A DNA stretch of 64,000 nucleotides from Carcharhinus amblyrhynchos (Eukaryota). Location of the stretch: NCBI GenBank assembly GCA_965287045.1, contig OZ336882.1:43772001-43836000 (forward strand), written 5' to 3'. The position numbers were made by a program, and so were the translations under genes. The notes beneath the pieces are model-generated. The model did no database searches and was not told the origin of the DNA. It saw only the letters and a list, made by a program, of their open reading frames with translations. Below, piece by piece: positions 61,378-64,000 of this stretch; position 1 is the first letter of the stretch, and each line of letters opens with the position of its first letter.

Positions 61378-64000
61378 TGTAATCAGCCTTTAAGGGGCAT
61401 CAGCATGACATCAACTGAAGGGGAATTTGTCATGTGATCCATTTTAGTAACACTTTTTGCTTTGAGCAGAGCACACATACACACTTCTGACGTTTACAAG
61501 ATTTATACCTTTGCATAACTGTTCTCACAGATCAAGTCTTAATAAATAAACCCACAACATGTTTACCCAATCCCTTTTGAGTAATTTGTGCCTTGTGCCT
61601 TGAATATAAGCCTGATGTATTGTATCATTGACAGTCAGATTAAGTATAGGTACAATATGGTGAACAGCCTTAGATCATGGCATGAGAAGACTCTCAGCGT
61701 TTTGGTTGGAAATGAATATGGAGAAAAGCTTTGAAGACATAGGGTCCAATTTTACCAACAATTTGTGCCCTTTTTCAGACACGAAATCATGGTAAAATCA
61801 GATGTGTGCCCTTTATTGCGATCTGTACCCGAGTCCCCGCAGATTGCCACTTTACTGAGACTCGCGAATCGGGGGGATCTGTTCCGCACCAAATCGGGCA
61901 CAATGACAATTTAAATGTATTTGCATGTATTTAAATTGAATTATTGAACTGCTCGCGGTATCAGCATTTCCCCCTTTATCACCGTGTTTACCAATCCGGA
62001 ACCGCACTTTCGGGGACCTGCTGAATAAAAGTCTGAGTCGCGTGCTCCAGCCTCTGAAGAGCACGTTCAGTGATTCCAATGGCTCTCTGACTCAGATCAG
62101 TGGTGGGGGTGGGGATGGAGGTGAGTCAGATCATTCTCTGGTTGGAGGAGGGAGGAGGGGAGTGAGGTCAGTCGTTGTCTGGTTGGGGGAGGAGGAGGAG
62201 GAGACGGGTCAGATGTATTTCTGGTGGGGGGGGATGGCTGATCGTTGTCTGGTGGTGGGGGGAGGGCTGATTGTTGTTTGGTGGTGGGGGGAGAGGAGGT
62301 GGGTCAAATGTTCTTCTTGATGGGAAGGGAACTGAGGCCAGACCATTCTCTGGAGGGGGAGGAGTGAGGCAAGATCGTTGTCAGGGGCGGGGGAGTGAGG
62401 TCAGATTGTTGTCTTGGGGAGTGTATGAGGGAGGCAGGGCAGATGGATCTCTGTGGGGGGCGGGGAGGGGTCTGCTGCCACTCTGCAGGCGATCGGTGGG
62501 GAGGATGGGGGCAAAGGTGGTGATTGGGCTGGGTGGTGGACTGGTGGATAAGGGGAGCAGTGATGTGTGTGTGTGTGTCCCCTTATCCAACCCCCACTAC
62601 CCACACACATCACTGCCTCCCTTATCCACCCCCCTCCACCCAGACTGATTGCCACCCCTGCCTCTCTCCCCACTGCATCGATGACCCACCGAAATACACC
62701 CTTCCTTGCTCCCGGGCCGCTTTCTCTGCTTTCTACGACTCGGGAGGAATTTGACACAGGCCTGCTTTTTCCAATTGTTTTCTAACTGCAGCTCAGAGTT
62801 CCGATCATTCCAACAGTGTTAAGCCCCGTCCATAGTGCAACCGGACTGGAGATGGCTGAGAGTGTATGGGGGCGCTTGAAAGTGGATTTCTAAGTCGGAT
62901 CTGTACTGCGCCCAGACTCGGCACTTAGAATGAAAATGGTAAAATCAGGCCCATAGTGTCAAACAAGTACTCAATAAAGAGATAGTAAGCAGAAAGCTCC
63001 ATCGTGGTGAAATTACAGCACACATTCTGTCAGCTCTGTGTCTGGGGCAGTGTATTGAGAGCAGCAGCACTGGGCTAACTCAGTCGGAAAAGGTAAGTGA
63101 CCGGGGTGTGGGCCAGATTGGTAGCGAGCAAGCAAGTATCAAAAAACAAATGAATAAAAATCCAACCGGAGAAGGTTTTGATTGTAACGGGTGGATTTGG
63201 GAATTGCTGAACGATAACTTGAATAAAAAGCAAGGACACTGTTACTCCATGTTGTGTTCCCACCACAAGTCATCTCCATGGGCAGAGCTTTGGAAAAGGG
63301 CATGACAGAGGCTGCAGCTATATTCATCCCTGGCACCTGAGAAGAAGGAAGGCCAATTTGAATTGGGATGCAGCTGACCTACTATCCAAATTCAAAATAT
63401 TTCAACAGCGTGCAGAGCTATGGTTTCTTGATTCAGGAGTGTCTGAACAGTGCGTACTAATTTTCTTACTCTTAACCATTCTACTCCCCCGGAAACCAGA
63501 GAGCAATTTTTAAAACTTCAAGAGAAGGTGACCAACCTGCTTCATAACAATGTGGGCATAGAAAAGCCAGGTTTACAATTGGGACAACAAGTTCATTTCT
63601 TGTATTCCACAGAAGGTACATGGTGACCAGCCAAGGTTTCAAGGATTTGCTCAGAACCAAGATCCTTTGAAGTCATTATGCACAAAGAGCCAAAAATGAG
63701 GTGTAATTGAGAACAAATTAGAACCATTCCAACTTTTCAACCACAACACAATCCTATCATATCATGGACTAGATCCTAAATGCAACCAGGAACAACACCC
63801 AGGAATGAAAATCCCACAGATCATTGTGAGCAGTTTAAGAAACCTCCAAGCAAAATTACCATTACAGGTGCTAGCCACACCAGCAGATTTTCTTTGAACT
63901 TTTGGAGACGCATAGATTCATCAGCTCTAACCCCTTGCATAAAGATAATTAAACACGAATATTTATTGCAGATAGATATGCTTCTTTGGAAGGGGTAGGG
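61378..64000 (+). mobile_element. Internally deleted Gypsy element: 5' LTR (about 61378-61657), gag N-terminus, integrase C-terminus, PPT-like tract at the window edge
   Basis: LTR starts TGTAAT, contains AATAAA, and is followed by TGGTG. LNWDAADLLSKFKIFQQRAELWF at about 63358-63426; LQLGQQVHF..GTW*PAKVSRICSEPRSFEV at about 63572-63675; ggaaggggtaggg at 63988-64000. Confidence 0.7.
61742..62952. mobile_element. 1.2-kb non-autonomous PIF/Harbinger-type element
   Basis: TIRs gggtccaattttacca / tggtaaaatcaggccc; TSD ATA (61739-61741, 62953-62955). CpG-rich subterminal regions with a G-rich then C-rich interior. Confidence 0.85.

Overview
Eukaryotic, repeat-saturated, apparently intronic or intergenic DNA. 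The repeat repertoire (HE1/V-type tRNA SINEs, CR1/HER1-like LINEs, a Deu-domain SINE) suggests a cartilaginous fish such as a shark; this is inference. No intact host gene is recognisable, and nearly all listed ORFs are transposon fragments or chance ORFs. Contents: (1) the 3' end of a Neptune-type Penelope-like element (RT thumb, CxxxxCxxC linker, GIY-YIG) at 1-1165; (2) two families of short palindromic insertions, three with clear TSDs, most carrying minimal type-I hammerhead ribozyme motifs, one family matching the tail of that Penelope element; (3) many CR1 fragments, one young with a near-intact RT; (4) a full-length degenerate Gypsy element (38019-43816) with both LTRs and five nested insertions, plus two further Gypsy remnants; (5) an apparently intronless CIRBP/RBM3-like RRM fragment next to a Gypsy integrase; (6) PIF/Harbinger remnants and MITEs with 3-bp TSDs; (7) about 25 SINEs of at least three families; (8) a few unexplained candidate exons. 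Coordinates of old repeats are approximate (read by eye).
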